Below, one piece after another: positions 53,331-62,489 of a stretch of DNA of 64,000 nt. Below the pieces are notes generated by a model that was given only the letters and a program-made list of their open reading frames with translations, did no database searches and was not told where the DNA came from. Each line of letters opens with the position of its first letter. Positions within the stretch are counted from its first letter, which is position 1. Source of the stretch: a virus (taxonomy: Duplodnaviria; Caudoviricetes); IMG/VR virus record IMGVR_UViG_2788499951_000002, positions 32,001 to 96,000 of that record; one strand, written 5' to 3'. The position numbers and the translations under genes were made by a program.

Positions 53331-53687
53331 ATGTTGTCATATTGGAGGGAACTAACCAAACCTGATCGTATTTATAAGCTAGTCACGAGCGGGTTCATAG
53401 TGACGCGAGTGGCTGGTGTCTACAACCTACAGGGTGTAGAACAGTGCACAAACCTCGCCCCGACGTTTGTCCTTGGGAGGATTTTACGGAGCGCGGACAG
53501 TGACTTGCGAATGATCACAGGGATTTGTTACACTGATCCATATGGAGATGTTCGCCTCGGTGAACTCGCCAACCAAGAGCTGATAGATGCCGCGCTGAAC
53601 TTCATGTCGAACATGGATGACGCGGAGAGAGACTTGTTCATAACCCCGATGAGGTTCCATGAAATCCAAGCAATTATCCGACTTTGA
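53331..53687 (+). CDS. Hypothetical protein (start uncertain)
   Basis: ORF ending EIQAIIRL and overlapping the next gene. Confidence 0.5.
   Translation: MLSYWRELTKPDRIYKLVTSGFIVTRVAGVYNLQGVEQCTNLAPTFVLGRILRSADSDLRMITGICYTDPYGDVRLGELANQELIDAALNFMSNMDDAERDLFITPMRFHEIQAIIRL
53369..53376 (-). promoter_or_regulatory. T4-type late promoter TATAAATA
   Basis: Exact T4 late consensus on the minus strand. Confidence 0.65.
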
Positions 53688-54147
53688 AGAAATCATCTCA
53701 GAGACCCGTATTGAACTCATTGAGACTATTGTCCTGAAGGATAATGGTACCCCTATAGACGTGTTAGCATCCAAACACTTTCAGATCCTTCCGGTGCCAG
53801 TCTCGGTTGTCCGACGATTTCGGGCAGTGGATCAAACCAAGCGAATCATGGATATGATTCGCTCACTGTTGGAAGGAACACAGGGGGAAGACGCCCAGAC
53901 GCGAAAGAGAATGCTCATAATCGGCTACGGAACCACCGAGAATACCCGAGATGTCCTACTGGTCACCAAGGATACAGAGACAGGTGAGTATTGGATGAAT
54001 CGTGTCCCAGCAGACCAATTCACCCTGTTCGAGCATGCAATTTCGTTAGACGACCGAATCCTCGCCGGTGTCATCATGAAGTGCTCAGATGAGGACTCTG
54101 AGTTTTCCGAGGTCATACAGGAGACTATTGCACTGTGGAGACTGTGA
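53659..54147 (+). CDS. Hypothetical protein
   Basis: GAGG RBS; ends ETIALWRL; directly before the primase-like gene. Confidence 0.6.
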   Translation: MKSKQLSDFEEIISETRIELIETIVLKDNGTPIDVLASKHFQILPVPVSVVRRFRAVDQTKRIMDMIRSLLEGTQGEDAQTRKRMLIIGYGTTENTRDVLLVTKDTETGEYWMNRVPADQFTLFEHAISLDDRILAGVIMKCSDEDSEFSEVIQETIALWRL

Positions 54148-54148
54148 C

Positions 54149-55108
54149 ATGAGTGTCGATACCGACTTTGAACAACTGAAGATGGACATCATCAGTGCAT
54201 GCTCACTCGGGGCATCCGAGGCGACCGGCTTTCACTCGATGTATTGTCCAGTATGTGGGAAGACATCCAGAAAGACAGCAGGGTTTCGATTTGATCAGGA
54301 CTCTATCGGGTTCAACTGCTTCAGGGCATCATGTGACAGTTCTACCGTCATGGAGAAGGGTTCACCGATCTCTCGCAAGTTTCGGTCACTGATGAACACC
54401 GTGGGTGTGACAATCCCTGTCACCCTAATGACAGCCAAGTCGAAGATCCAACGCCTCATGGAGGAAGAGCTGGATGCTAGGCTGTATGAGAAGAACTTCT
54501 ATACCGAGATGAAGCTTCCGGATGACTGGGTGCCTCTCGACCCTGACAATCCGAAACATGACTGGTGGGTTGACTATCTGGCCAATCGTGCTTGCTCTCA
54601 TCATGGTGTGTTCTACATCAATGAGGGATACCATAAGGACCAGATCGGTATCGGGATGTGGTACTTCGAGAAGCTGATTGGTGCCCAGATACATGAACCA
54701 GACGGGAAGGTGAAGTACATCACCGTCACACCGAACGAATCCCCGATCATGGTCAGGGATAAGTACCTCGATGATCCTGTCATCTTGGTTGAGGGTGTGC
54801 TGGACTCATTGTGCTTCCCGAACACAGTCGCCACATTGAGAAGCAGAATCTCCCCGAAGCAGGCTTTCTTCCTGAAGGGAAGAAACGTTATCATGCTTCC
54901 TGACCGGTCCGGCAACGAGTTCATCGACCAGATGAAGGACTATGGCTGGTCCATCTGCATCCCACCGTGGGACGAGAAGGATCTGAACGCAGCGGTGATT
55001 CGTTATGGTGTCCCGACTGTTGCACGGATGATCAAAGACAACATCATCACCGACCCAGTTCAGGCTCGGGTACGGTACAATCTATGGATCGAAAAGGAGT
55101 CCAAATGA
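54149..55108 (+). CDS. DNA primase-like protein (Zn ribbon plus TOPRIM), possibly degenerate
   Basis: CPVC...NCFRASC, ILVEGVLDSL, PDRSG (no DxD), KDLN; adjacent to the helicase. Confidence 0.85.
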   Translation: MSVDTDFEQLKMDIISACSLGASEATGFHSMYCPVCGKTSRKTAGFRFDQDSIGFNCFRASCDSSTVMEKGSPISRKFRSLMNTVGVTIPVTLMTAKSKIQRLMEEELDARLYEKNFYTEMKLPDDWVPLDPDNPKHDWWVDYLANRACSHHGVFYINEGYHKDQIGIGMWYFEKLIGAQIHEPDGKVKYITVTPNESPIMVRDKYLDDPVILVEGVLDSLCFPNTVATLRSRISPKQAFFLKGRNVIMLPDRSGNEFIDQMKDYGWSICIPPWDEKDLNAAVIRYGVPTVARMIKDNIITDPVQARVRYNLWIEKESK

Positions 55109-56499
55109 GCGAAGAGAATCAAACAAACAAAGAACGCATTCTGGTTGAGTATCTGCTGGGTGATCGAGAGTCATTCATCACGGCGTATGGGGTTCTGAAA
55201 GACTCCTACTTCGAACCCCCTTTGAATCGTGTGGTGAAGTTCACCCTCGACTTCTTCAATGAGTACCGAAACCTTCCAAACCTCGACATCATCGAGGCTG
55301 AGACGGGGGTGGCTCTGAAGGGGAGAGCAGTCAACAAGGATGAACGCCAGTGGGTCATCGATGAGGTGGAACACCACTGTGCATCATCCGCCATGATCGA
55401 TGCGGTGATCAAGGCATCCGAGCTGGTAGCGGACGGCAAGAATGAGATGATTCAGGACATCATTCGGGAAGCCCTGTCGGTCAAGATTGACAAGACACTC
55501 GGCACCGATCTCTTCGAGGATCCTGAGATTCGAATCGAACTGGCAGACGCAGATAAGGACCGCCGTCGGATCGGTATCGATGCAGTTGACGATATGATCG
55601 ATGGTGTCATCCGTGGTGGCCTCTACCTGTACGCAGCGGCTACCAGTGTCGGCAAGTCCGTCATGTTGGCGAACACTGCCACTTGTCTGTCCAAGCAGAA
55701 ACTGGACAGTCTGATCGTATCTGTTGAGATGGACGAAGCCAGCTACTCACGACGCATGGACTCAATCGTCACCGGTCTCCCGATCAAAGGGGCAGAGACT
55801 GAAGATATCGTCGCATCATTGGCTCAACACAAGGATGGGTATGGACGCATTACGACCAAGCGTGTCGGTGGTCGATTCAGTGTCAATGACCTGCGTATCC
55901 TACTTCAAGAATACAACACCCGCTACGGTAAGTATCCTGACGTACTGCTGCTGGATTACCTTGATATCTTTGCCAACGGTGCGAACACTACTGGGATGTC
56001 AAAGTTCGACTGGGATGAATACAAGACTCATGCGATTCGTGACCTGATGCAGGAATTCAACATGTACGGCTTCACCGCTGCCCAGCTCAACCGTGACGGC
56101 TATGGCCTTGAGGATGTTGGCCCTCAGCACATTCAGGGTGGTATCTCGAAGACACAGGGTGTCGACGCGGCCATCGCAATGACAATGTCTGAGGAAGACA
56201 TCGAGAATGATCAGATCCAGTTGAGGGGGATCAAGGTCCGTGACGCGGCCAAGACTGCTGGAGCCAAGACGGTCTATCGTTGTCCTCGAACTCTCCGGAT
56301 CACGGACAACCCGAGTGCAGCAGGATCCAGCTATGCACCAAAGTCGACTGCGAGTCCTCTGAAGTCCAAAGTTGCCCCCAAGAAGGAGAAGACAATCCCA
56401 GACCGGAGCAAGTCGTCCACCGATACACCACCCAAGGCGGAAGAGGCGGCATTGAAAGGAAAGAACAAGCTCAGGGCTGCACTGAAAATGAATCGATGA
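55105..56499 (+). CDS. Replicative DnaB/gp41-like helicase
   Basis: AATSVGKS, VSVEM, LLDYLD, TAAQLNR, K.R; start at ATG 55105 after AAGGAG; basic disordered C-terminal tail. Confidence 0.93.
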   Translation: MSEENQTNKERILVEYLLGDRESFITAYGVLKDSYFEPPLNRVVKFTLDFFNEYRNLPNLDIIEAETGVALKGRAVNKDERQWVIDEVEHHCASSAMIDAVIKASELVADGKNEMIQDIIREALSVKIDKTLGTDLFEDPEIRIELADADKDRRRIGIDAVDDMIDGVIRGGLYLYAAATSVGKSVMLANTATCLSKQKLDSLIVSVEMDEASYSRRMDSIVTGLPIKGAETEDIVASLAQHKDGYGRITTKRVGGRFSVNDLRILLQEYNTRYGKYPDVLLLDYLDIFANGANTTGMSKFDWDEYKTHAIRDLMQEFNMYGFTAAQLNRDGYGLEDVGPQHIQGGISKTQGVDAAIAMTMSEEDIENDQIQLRGIKVRDAAKTAGAKTVYRCPRTLRITDNPSAAGSSYAPKSTASPLKSKVAPKKEKTIPDRSKSSTDTPPKAEEAALKGKNKLRAALKMNR

Positions 56500-56505
56500 C
56501 CGAGA

Positions 56506-56545
56506 CCCCGTGCTCATTGACGAATCGAGAGCACGGGGCTATGAT
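56506..56545 (+). promoter_or_regulatory. Sigma70-type promoter embedded in a 10-bp inverted repeat
   Basis: CCCCGTGCTC...GAGCACGGGG with TTGACG in the spacer and TATGAT 17 nt later. Confidence 0.7.
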
Positions 56546-56571
56546 ACCAAACACACCAAAGGAGACATTCA

Positions 56572-57348
56572 ATGTACATCAGCACAGCTCAACCGCCACG
56601 TGTGTATACCATGATTCTTCTCGATCAGAATCGGTCATATGCGCACATCTCCCCCAAGACGTCCAAACCGGTCACGATTGCCGAGTCACTTCCACCGTCA
56701 TCACGGAACATTGACCGGAAGGTATTTCGGGAGTTCCTTCATCAGTTCGATGACATTCCCCATGCATTCGCCGTCGGGGCAAACACATGGAGTGATCTGG
56801 GGCAGAAGATTCGAGATCGCATCCTTGAGAATCACACCGTGTTTGTCTCTTCCGCGTCCGAGATCCTGAAGGTGACCAAGACCACAACAGAACAAGTCTG
56901 CCGGATGTCAGGGGAAGCCCGATTCATCAAGTGTGGCACATTGTCGAATGTCGTCACGTCTTTCTGCCATGAGAACGGGAGTCGTCTGACGCCCATGGGG
57001 ATCGTGGTGCTCGGTGGGAAGAGCGTCTACATGTCGTTCGCCGGTCAGTATACAGACGTGTTCGTGTGCAGGGGACAAACGTCCGAGGTGGGGACTTTCC
57101 TGCAGTTCCCTCCTTTCCGTTCCGTTTTTCTTCGCCCTGTTCCTTGGCCCTCTCAGGATGATTTTGAAGACGCGTACTACCCGAAGAAACAAGATCCTGA
57201 TGAAAACGATCAACTCACATTCATGACTGAATATCACTCGAATGTAAGTATCAGGAAAACGTCGACGTTCGATATCGTGGGGCATCCAGTGAAAACGATG
57301 CTTTACACAGTCACACACTATCAGAGAGGAGAAGAGAATGAGCAATAA
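56572..57348 (+). CDS. Hypothetical protein
   Basis: AAGGAG RBS; own promoter. Confidence 0.65.
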   Translation: MYISTAQPPRVYTMILLDQNRSYAHISPKTSKPVTIAESLPPSSRNIDRKVFREFLHQFDDIPHAFAVGANTWSDLGQKIRDRILENHTVFVSSASEILKVTKTTTEQVCRMSGEARFIKCGTLSNVVTSFCHENGSRLTPMGIVVLGGKSVYMSFAGQYTDVFVCRGQTSEVGTFLQFPPFRSVFLRPVPWPSQDDFEDAYYPKKQDPDENDQLTFMTEYHSNVSIRKTSTFDIVGHPVKTMLYTVTHYQRGEENEQ

Positions 57349-57580
57349 CGTACCAGAATGGTTGATCGAAGAAACCAAGGCGGAGATGGCAGCATCTTTC
57401 GTCCTCACCGAGGGGATCACCGATGAAGATTTCCGCATTGAATGGGAGGTCAAGAATCGCCCTGATGGTTCAGTTGGTCTTTACATGCGAGGGGTTGTGG
57501 GAGAGACTGTCATCTCTCAAGTCAGATCCCTGCAACCCATCATCGAACGAACCGAAGAGGAGAATCAACTGAATGGCTGA
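57338..57580 (+). CDS. Hypothetical protein
   Basis: Overlaps both neighbours; GGAG RBS. Confidence 0.6.
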   Translation: MSNNVPEWLIEETKAEMAASFVLTEGITDEDFRIEWEVKNRPDGSVGLYMRGVVGETVISQVRSLQPIIERTEEENQLNG

Positions 57581-58478
57581 ATACGACCTGCAGTACCGCC
57601 GGAACCTGATCGAGATCCTGAACTCAGGACAGGACTGTCCAGACCGAACTGGGACAGGTGTCCGCAAGATATTTGACGCCAACATGAACACCGATGCATC
57701 ACCGACTGAGGGAGACAGACTCCGACTCCCCGCATTGACTCTCCGGAAGGTGTTTCCCCGTAGTGCATGGTACGAACTTCTGTGGATGTTGCGTGGTTCA
57801 ACTGATGCCACAGAGCTACAGAACAAAAGGATCAAGATCTGGGACGGTAACACCTCCCGCGAGTATCTCGATTCAATTGGTCTGAATGATGTCGAGACCG
57901 GCCATGGCGGGAAGATCTATGGCTATCAGTTCCGCAACTTCAACGGGTCTGTCGATCAGGTCAAGAATGTGATTGAATCGATCAAGACCAATCCGAATGG
58001 TCGACGTCACTACATCAGTCTCTGGAATCCGTCAGAGCTGGGTGAGAGTGCCTTACCGCCTTGCCACGTTTCGTATCAATTCGTGGTGATGGGGGACACC
58101 CTGAACCTGAAGTACTACATGCGGTCAAACGACTTCATGCTGGGTCAGCCGATGAACCAGATGTTTGCGACGTTCTTCTTGCAGCTGATGGCATCGATCA
58201 CAGGGTATCAGGCAGGTCGTGTGGCGGTCTCTATCGCAGACTGTCACCTCTATCACAATCACCTCGATGCGGCTCGTGTGGTGGCTGAGAGACCACCTAT
58301 TGAGCATGTTACCAGCTATTCTCCTCCGTTCTCGAAGGAGATGTACGATGAGATGGGCCTTGATGCAATGCTGGACTCCCTGTTCTTTGATTGCTCATGG
58401 GAGAATGTGATTGCACCATCTCTCGACTATCAATCACATGACAAGATCGACCCTTCACTGCTGAAGATGGCAGTCTGA
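57573..58478 (+). CDS. thyA: Thymidylate synthase
   Basis: DRTGTG, ELLW, IWD, YGYQFR, RR, LPPCH, RSND..G.P.N, HLY.NH. Confidence 0.93.
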   Translation: MAEYDLQYRRNLIEILNSGQDCPDRTGTGVRKIFDANMNTDASPTEGDRLRLPALTLRKVFPRSAWYELLWMLRGSTDATELQNKRIKIWDGNTSREYLDSIGLNDVETGHGGKIYGYQFRNFNGSVDQVKNVIESIKTNPNGRRHYISLWNPSELGESALPPCHVSYQFVVMGDTLNLKYYMRSNDFMLGQPMNQMFATFFLQLMASITGYQAGRVAVSIADCHLYHNHLDAARVVAERPPIEHVTSYSPPFSKEMYDEMGLDAMLDSLFFDCSWENVIAPSLDYQSHDKIDPSLLKMAV

Positions 58479-58481
58479 TAG

Positions 58482-58507
58482 AAGCCCCTCCATGTGAGGG
58501 GCTTTTT
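58482..58507 (+). terminator. Rho-independent terminator
   Basis: AAGCCCCTC-CATGT-GAGGGGCTTTTT. Confidence 0.85.
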
Positions 58508-58512
58508 CGTTG

Positions 58513-58540
58513 TTGACATCCAGTCCGGATCAGGTATGAT
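58513..58540 (+). promoter_or_regulatory. Sigma70-type promoter for the rII genes
   Basis: TTGACA-N16-TATGAT. Confidence 0.65.
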
Positions 58541-58590
58541 GAACTCTCAGCTGAATGACAAACTGACCCAGTAAGAACAAGGAGTAAACG

Positions 58591-61164
58591 ATGAAGATCC
58601 ATCAGACCGACACCATGGTCATCAGCAATGGTAAGGAACGCTCATCCATGAGCATGGTGAGCAATGCTCAGGCGTTCCGTGTTCTGAGTGACAGCCTGTA
58701 TGAGCACAAGATCGCCAGTATTGTCCGTGAGCTGTCCTCTAACGCGAACGACTCTCATCTCGCAGCCGGTAAGAAGGACACTCCGTTCCGCTACCATCTT
58801 CCGAATTCACTGACCAGCACGTTTGGTGTTGAGGACTTCGGTGTCGGTCTTGATGACGAAGGCGTCCGCACGGTCATGTACAGTTACTTCCAGTCCACCA
58901 AGGACAACAGTAACCTCGAGACCGGTTGTCTTGGCCTCGGGTCCAAGTCTCCTCTGGCATACACTGATGCGTTCTTCATCACTGCTCGCAAGGATGGGGT
59001 TGAGCGTGTCTATACCTCGTACTGGGGAGAAGGCGGCATTCCTGAACTGAACATGGTCCATCAGACACCTACCACCGAGTGTGACGGTGTCAAGATCGAA
59101 CTACCTGTTCAAGAGGGTGATCGCCGTGAGTTCATTCGCTGTGCATCCTTCATGGCGAATCTGTTCTCTGTGACTCCTGAGTTCGTCGGTGGTGTCCCAA
59201 ATGACGGCACTATGAATCTCATGAAAGACTTCAGTGCGAAGGTCGAGCAGGGCGGGATGTTTGACTTCAATGCACGGTCCGACGCTATCCCTGTCCTCTA
59301 TCGCGGTAGCTCCATGTGGGTCGTCATGGGGTCAGTGATCTACCCTACTGTTGTCGACGACATCATGGAATCTCTGGATAAGTCGACTCGTGCGATTGTG
59401 CACAACCGCCTCGGTGGTCGCAACACCATCGTCGTGCCGGTTGGGATGGGAGAGGTTGATTTCTCTGCATCACGGGAGAAGCTGTCGCTGACTCCTCGTA
59501 CGATGGAACGTGTGGCTCAGGCCGTCGAGGCGTTCGCCAAGGAGACTATCTCCCAGACGCAGGAGCTTGTCGATCCGGAGATATCCCCCATCGGGAATGC
59601 GTTTCGTGTGGCAAAATTCATCTGTGCTTCAACGGGTCATCAGCTTTCGTCGACTGTCCCAACTGCATGGATGAAAAAGACGTTCATCCCAACTGATGAT
59701 GGCGAGAAAACCGTTCATGCCATTCTGTATGATAAGATCGGACACACCCACAATGAACTTCTGGGTCGTCTGGGTATGACTCGCTTCACCCCCGTCCGTC
59801 GTGGTACATGGCGAGATGGTGCATGGGTCATGACGTCAGACGAGATGGGATCCTACATCGACCATCGTCTGTCTGGTCTCGTGGATGAAGATGGGGAACC
59901 AGTCCGCAAGAAGGTTCGTACTGCGTCTCGGGAACTGACACCTGCCGGTCTGTTCAGCTCGGCATCAATCGGATCCATCCGTGTTGGTCCTCTCGCTGAC
60001 AAACTGTTCGACGTCAACAAGAAGATCGCAGTGTTCTATGCGTCTGGTGCAACAACGAATCATCGGAAGTACATTCGCTCTCATGTCATGGGAGTGAACG
60101 GGGACGGTCCTCTCCACATGGCTGCATTGTTCATCTCTCGGCCTAACCTGTCGAGCCGTGTGATCGAATTGATCAAGTCTTTCTTCGGGGAGGAACAGTT
60201 TGAGTTCTATGATGTCTCTGTGATTCATGCCGAGGAAAAGGAACTCCGCAGGAAGAAGCGTGAGCATGTCGTCAGTCTGACGGGAGGGAAAGGTGAGTCA
60301 TCATCCGATACCGTGCGTGGTAGTAACACCAAGGTTCGTGGTAACATTGCGGAGTTCAACATGGTGTTCTCATCTCGCACTGTCGGCATCGGGAACTTTT
60401 CGACCTCAACCGTGATCGATACTGCGGAAGAGACGGTATTCTACATCGATCCCGAGAATCCGATGATCAAGGGGTCGAACATTGCAGACACTATGGCGGT
60501 GTACCGGTACAACGGTGCCAAGTCACTGGACGCTGTGCGAACGAAACTCATGGGTTCGATTCGAAAAACGTTCGACATAACTCCCAACGCCCTGAGAAAA
60601 GACCCGAGCCTGAAATTCTCAGGGAAGCTGATCATGGTCAACAACACCAACCGCAAACGCATCATTGGATCGAATGCCATCGATATCACAGGTCTTCTTG
60701 CGACGCGAGAATCAGAAGAACAGGTGATGTCCCTGAAGGGTATGAAGGGTCCATCCTATATCCCATCAGCCAAGGACATTCTAGGGGCACATGCGCCGAA
60801 ACATCGCTCAATCGGTGATGAAGCTCTGGTGACCCTCATGAACTGCATCAGGGACAGGATCACCGACTGCATATGGGAACTGGCGAATGTCAAATTCATC
60901 AGCGAGAATGAGTCTATCCCGTGGTATCGCAGAGACGGTGTGAAGTCTCCAGAGTTCCACAATGTCCATCTTCACTATGAGGATGGCATCGACGATGCAG
61001 AATGGCACAACCGGTTGGCGTCCATGATCTTCGAACGGTACCCAATGGCATATGAGATCATCCTGTCGGGGAGTGAAATCGGTGAAGAAACCATCAAGGA
61101 CTATGTCGAAATGGTTGACGCCTACGAACGCATGAGCGATAATGAATCCAACAAAGGAGAGTAA
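58591..61164 (+). CDS. rIIA: rIIA-like protein (GHKL/HSP90-type ATPase N-terminus)
   Basis: LSDSLY...IVRELSSNA.DSH, EDFGVGL, STK, G.LGLGSKSP.AYTD, SREKLS. Confidence 0.9.
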   Translation: MKIHQTDTMVISNGKERSSMSMVSNAQAFRVLSDSLYEHKIASIVRELSSNANDSHLAAGKKDTPFRYHLPNSLTSTFGVEDFGVGLDDEGVRTVMYSYFQSTKDNSNLETGCLGLGSKSPLAYTDAFFITARKDGVERVYTSYWGEGGIPELNMVHQTPTTECDGVKIELPVQEGDRREFIRCASFMANLFSVTPEFVGGVPNDGTMNLMKDFSAKVEQGGMFDFNARSDAIPVLYRGSSMWVVMGSVIYPTVVDDIMESLDKSTRAIVHNRLGGRNTIVVPVGMGEVDFSASREKLSLTPRTMERVAQAVEAFAKETISQTQELVDPEISPIGNAFRVAKFICASTGHQLSSTVPTAWMKKTFIPTDDGEKTVHAILYDKIGHTHNELLGRLGMTRFTPVRRGTWRDGAWVMTSDEMGSYIDHRLSGLVDEDGEPVRKKVRTASRELTPAGLFSSASIGSIRVGPLADKLFDVNKKIAVFYASGATTNHRKYIRSHVMGVNGDGPLHMAALFISRPNLSSRVIELIKSFFGEEQFEFYDVSVIHAEEKELRRKKREHVVSLTGGKGESSSDTVRGSNTKVRGNIAEFNMVFSSRTVGIGNFSTSTVIDTAEETVFYIDPENPMIKGSNIADTMAVYRYNGAKSLDAVRTKLMGSIRKTFDITPNALRKDPSLKFSGKLIMVNNTNRKRIIGSNAIDITGLLATRESEEQVMSLKGMKGPSYIPSAKDILGAHAPKHRSIGDEALVTLMNCIRDRITDCIWELANVKFISENESIPWYRRDGVKSPEFHNVHLHYEDGIDDAEWHNRLASMIFERYPMAYEIILSGSEIGEETIKDYVEMVDAYERMSDNESNKGE

Positions 61165-61165
61165 C

Positions 61166-62374
61166 ATGAACAAGACAGAAGCAGATTATGCAGCCCAGAT
61201 CCTGACGACTCCCAATGAGTTCTTCGCGTATGCGATGTCGAAGCTCGCAGAAGGGATTCCGAAGGCCGTCATCGCTCGAATCCTCATGGTCTCGCCCCGT
61301 ACCGTGGGTCGAATGGTTGAGCGAGTCGAATCAATCGTTGGTACCGGCGCACTGGTAAGTGTCGAGGACTTCAAGAAAGCCCATACGGCCATGAAGTCGA
61401 AGTTCGATAGCGGATGGACTCCGTGGAATCTCCTCAGTGAGAAGATCGGTCGCGAGGGATACAAAGTCAAATGGACCAAGTCCGATCCGTCAGAGACTGT
61501 TGAGGAGCCGCTCTGGACCAAGGCCGAGCCGTTATCGGAAGAAGAGTCTCTTCCGGTTGAAAAGGTGACCGAGGATACCACCGAAGAGGACGCCACGTAC
61601 ACATTCGTACTGACGTCTCGCTCACTGGTCATCACTCGTCATCCCGATGGCACTGAACGCCCTGAGAGCATCACGATTCTTCCAAGTGATAAGGCGTTCC
61701 AAGACGCATGTGCGGAACTGATGATCATCGCCACCATGGGTGAGGATCCTGAAGCCGAGCAGCGAGAACTGAAGGCACTGTTCAAGAAGCACTCCAAGGT
61801 GGAACGCCTCAAGGAGATCAATCTGGGTAAGGTCCATGTCGACTTCGAAAAAGGCGTGGTCATGGTCAAGCTGTCTGATGGCAGCACAGTACCGGCATCC
61901 GGTGGGGTTGTGACTCGCATCCTCGAAGAGGAAGGGGACCGACTGGTCAAGTTCCTCGACAATCTGTACGAGAATCCGTCATACACCGCCATCACTGGCC
62001 TGTTCGACTTCCTCGAGGCAACAGACATCCAGATCGACGATGAAGGGTATGTGATTGCGATGAAGGTCATCACCCATGACTATCTCGACAAGCACACACG
62101 GACGATGGACAACTCCGTAGGGACGACAGTGAAGATGGATCGCCGTCTGGTCGATGACAATCCGGATTCACTGTGCAGTTCCGGCCTACATGCATGCAGT
62201 GAGTCATACATCGAAGGGTTCCGCAGTGGTAATGATCGACTCGTCAAGGTCCGGATTCACCCCAAGGACTTCGTCTCTGTCCCGAAGGCTTACACCCGAA
62301 CCGTCGAGGGCGGAAGTGTGGCATCAAAGGCCCGCGTGTGTGAGTATGTGGTGATCGAAGAAGTCAAAGATTGA
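61166..62374 (+). CDS. rIIB: rIIB-like protein
   Basis: N-terminal HTH (IARILMVSPRTVGR); FL.NL..NPS, LF.FL, D.HT...DNS.G..V.M.R..VDD, CSSGLH, P.DFVSVP, K.RVC.Y.V. Confidence 0.92.
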   Translation: MNKTEADYAAQILTTPNEFFAYAMSKLAEGIPKAVIARILMVSPRTVGRMVERVESIVGTGALVSVEDFKKAHTAMKSKFDSGWTPWNLLSEKIGREGYKVKWTKSDPSETVEEPLWTKAEPLSEEESLPVEKVTEDTTEEDATYTFVLTSRSLVITRHPDGTERPESITILPSDKAFQDACAELMIIATMGEDPEAEQRELKALFKKHSKVERLKEINLGKVHVDFEKGVVMVKLSDGSTVPASGGVVTRILEEEGDRLVKFLDNLYENPSYTAITGLFDFLEATDIQIDDEGYVIAMKVITHDYLDKHTRTMDNSVGTTVKMDRRLVDDNPDSLCSSGLHACSESYIEGFRSGNDRLVKVRIHPKDFVSVPKAYTRTVEGGSVASKARVCEYVVIEEVKD

Positions 62375-62388
62375 TGTCAATTTGGCAG

Positions 62389-62416
62389 TTGACATGTGCA
62401 CAATATGTGGTATGAT
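62389..62416 (+). promoter_or_regulatory. Sigma70-type promoter upstream of nrdA
   Basis: TTGACA-N16-TATGAT. Confidence 0.6.
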
Positions 62417-62424
62417 GTGTGCCT

Positions 62425-62451
62425 ATGGGGGACTAAATAGTCCCCCATTTT
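62425..62451 (+). terminator. Terminator-like hairpin with a TAAATA box across its loop
   Basis: ATGGGGGACT-AAAT-AGTCCCCCAT-TTT. Confidence 0.6.
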
Positions 62452-62489
62452 GAGAAAGACATAGCAAAGTTATCCCAACAGGAGAAGTC

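Noticed and set aside
57573-58478. dCMP hydroxymethylase / base-modification enzyme
   Set aside because: Retains the dUMP-specifying Asn (GQPMN) and the ThyA folate motifs; no modification genes nearby in this window.
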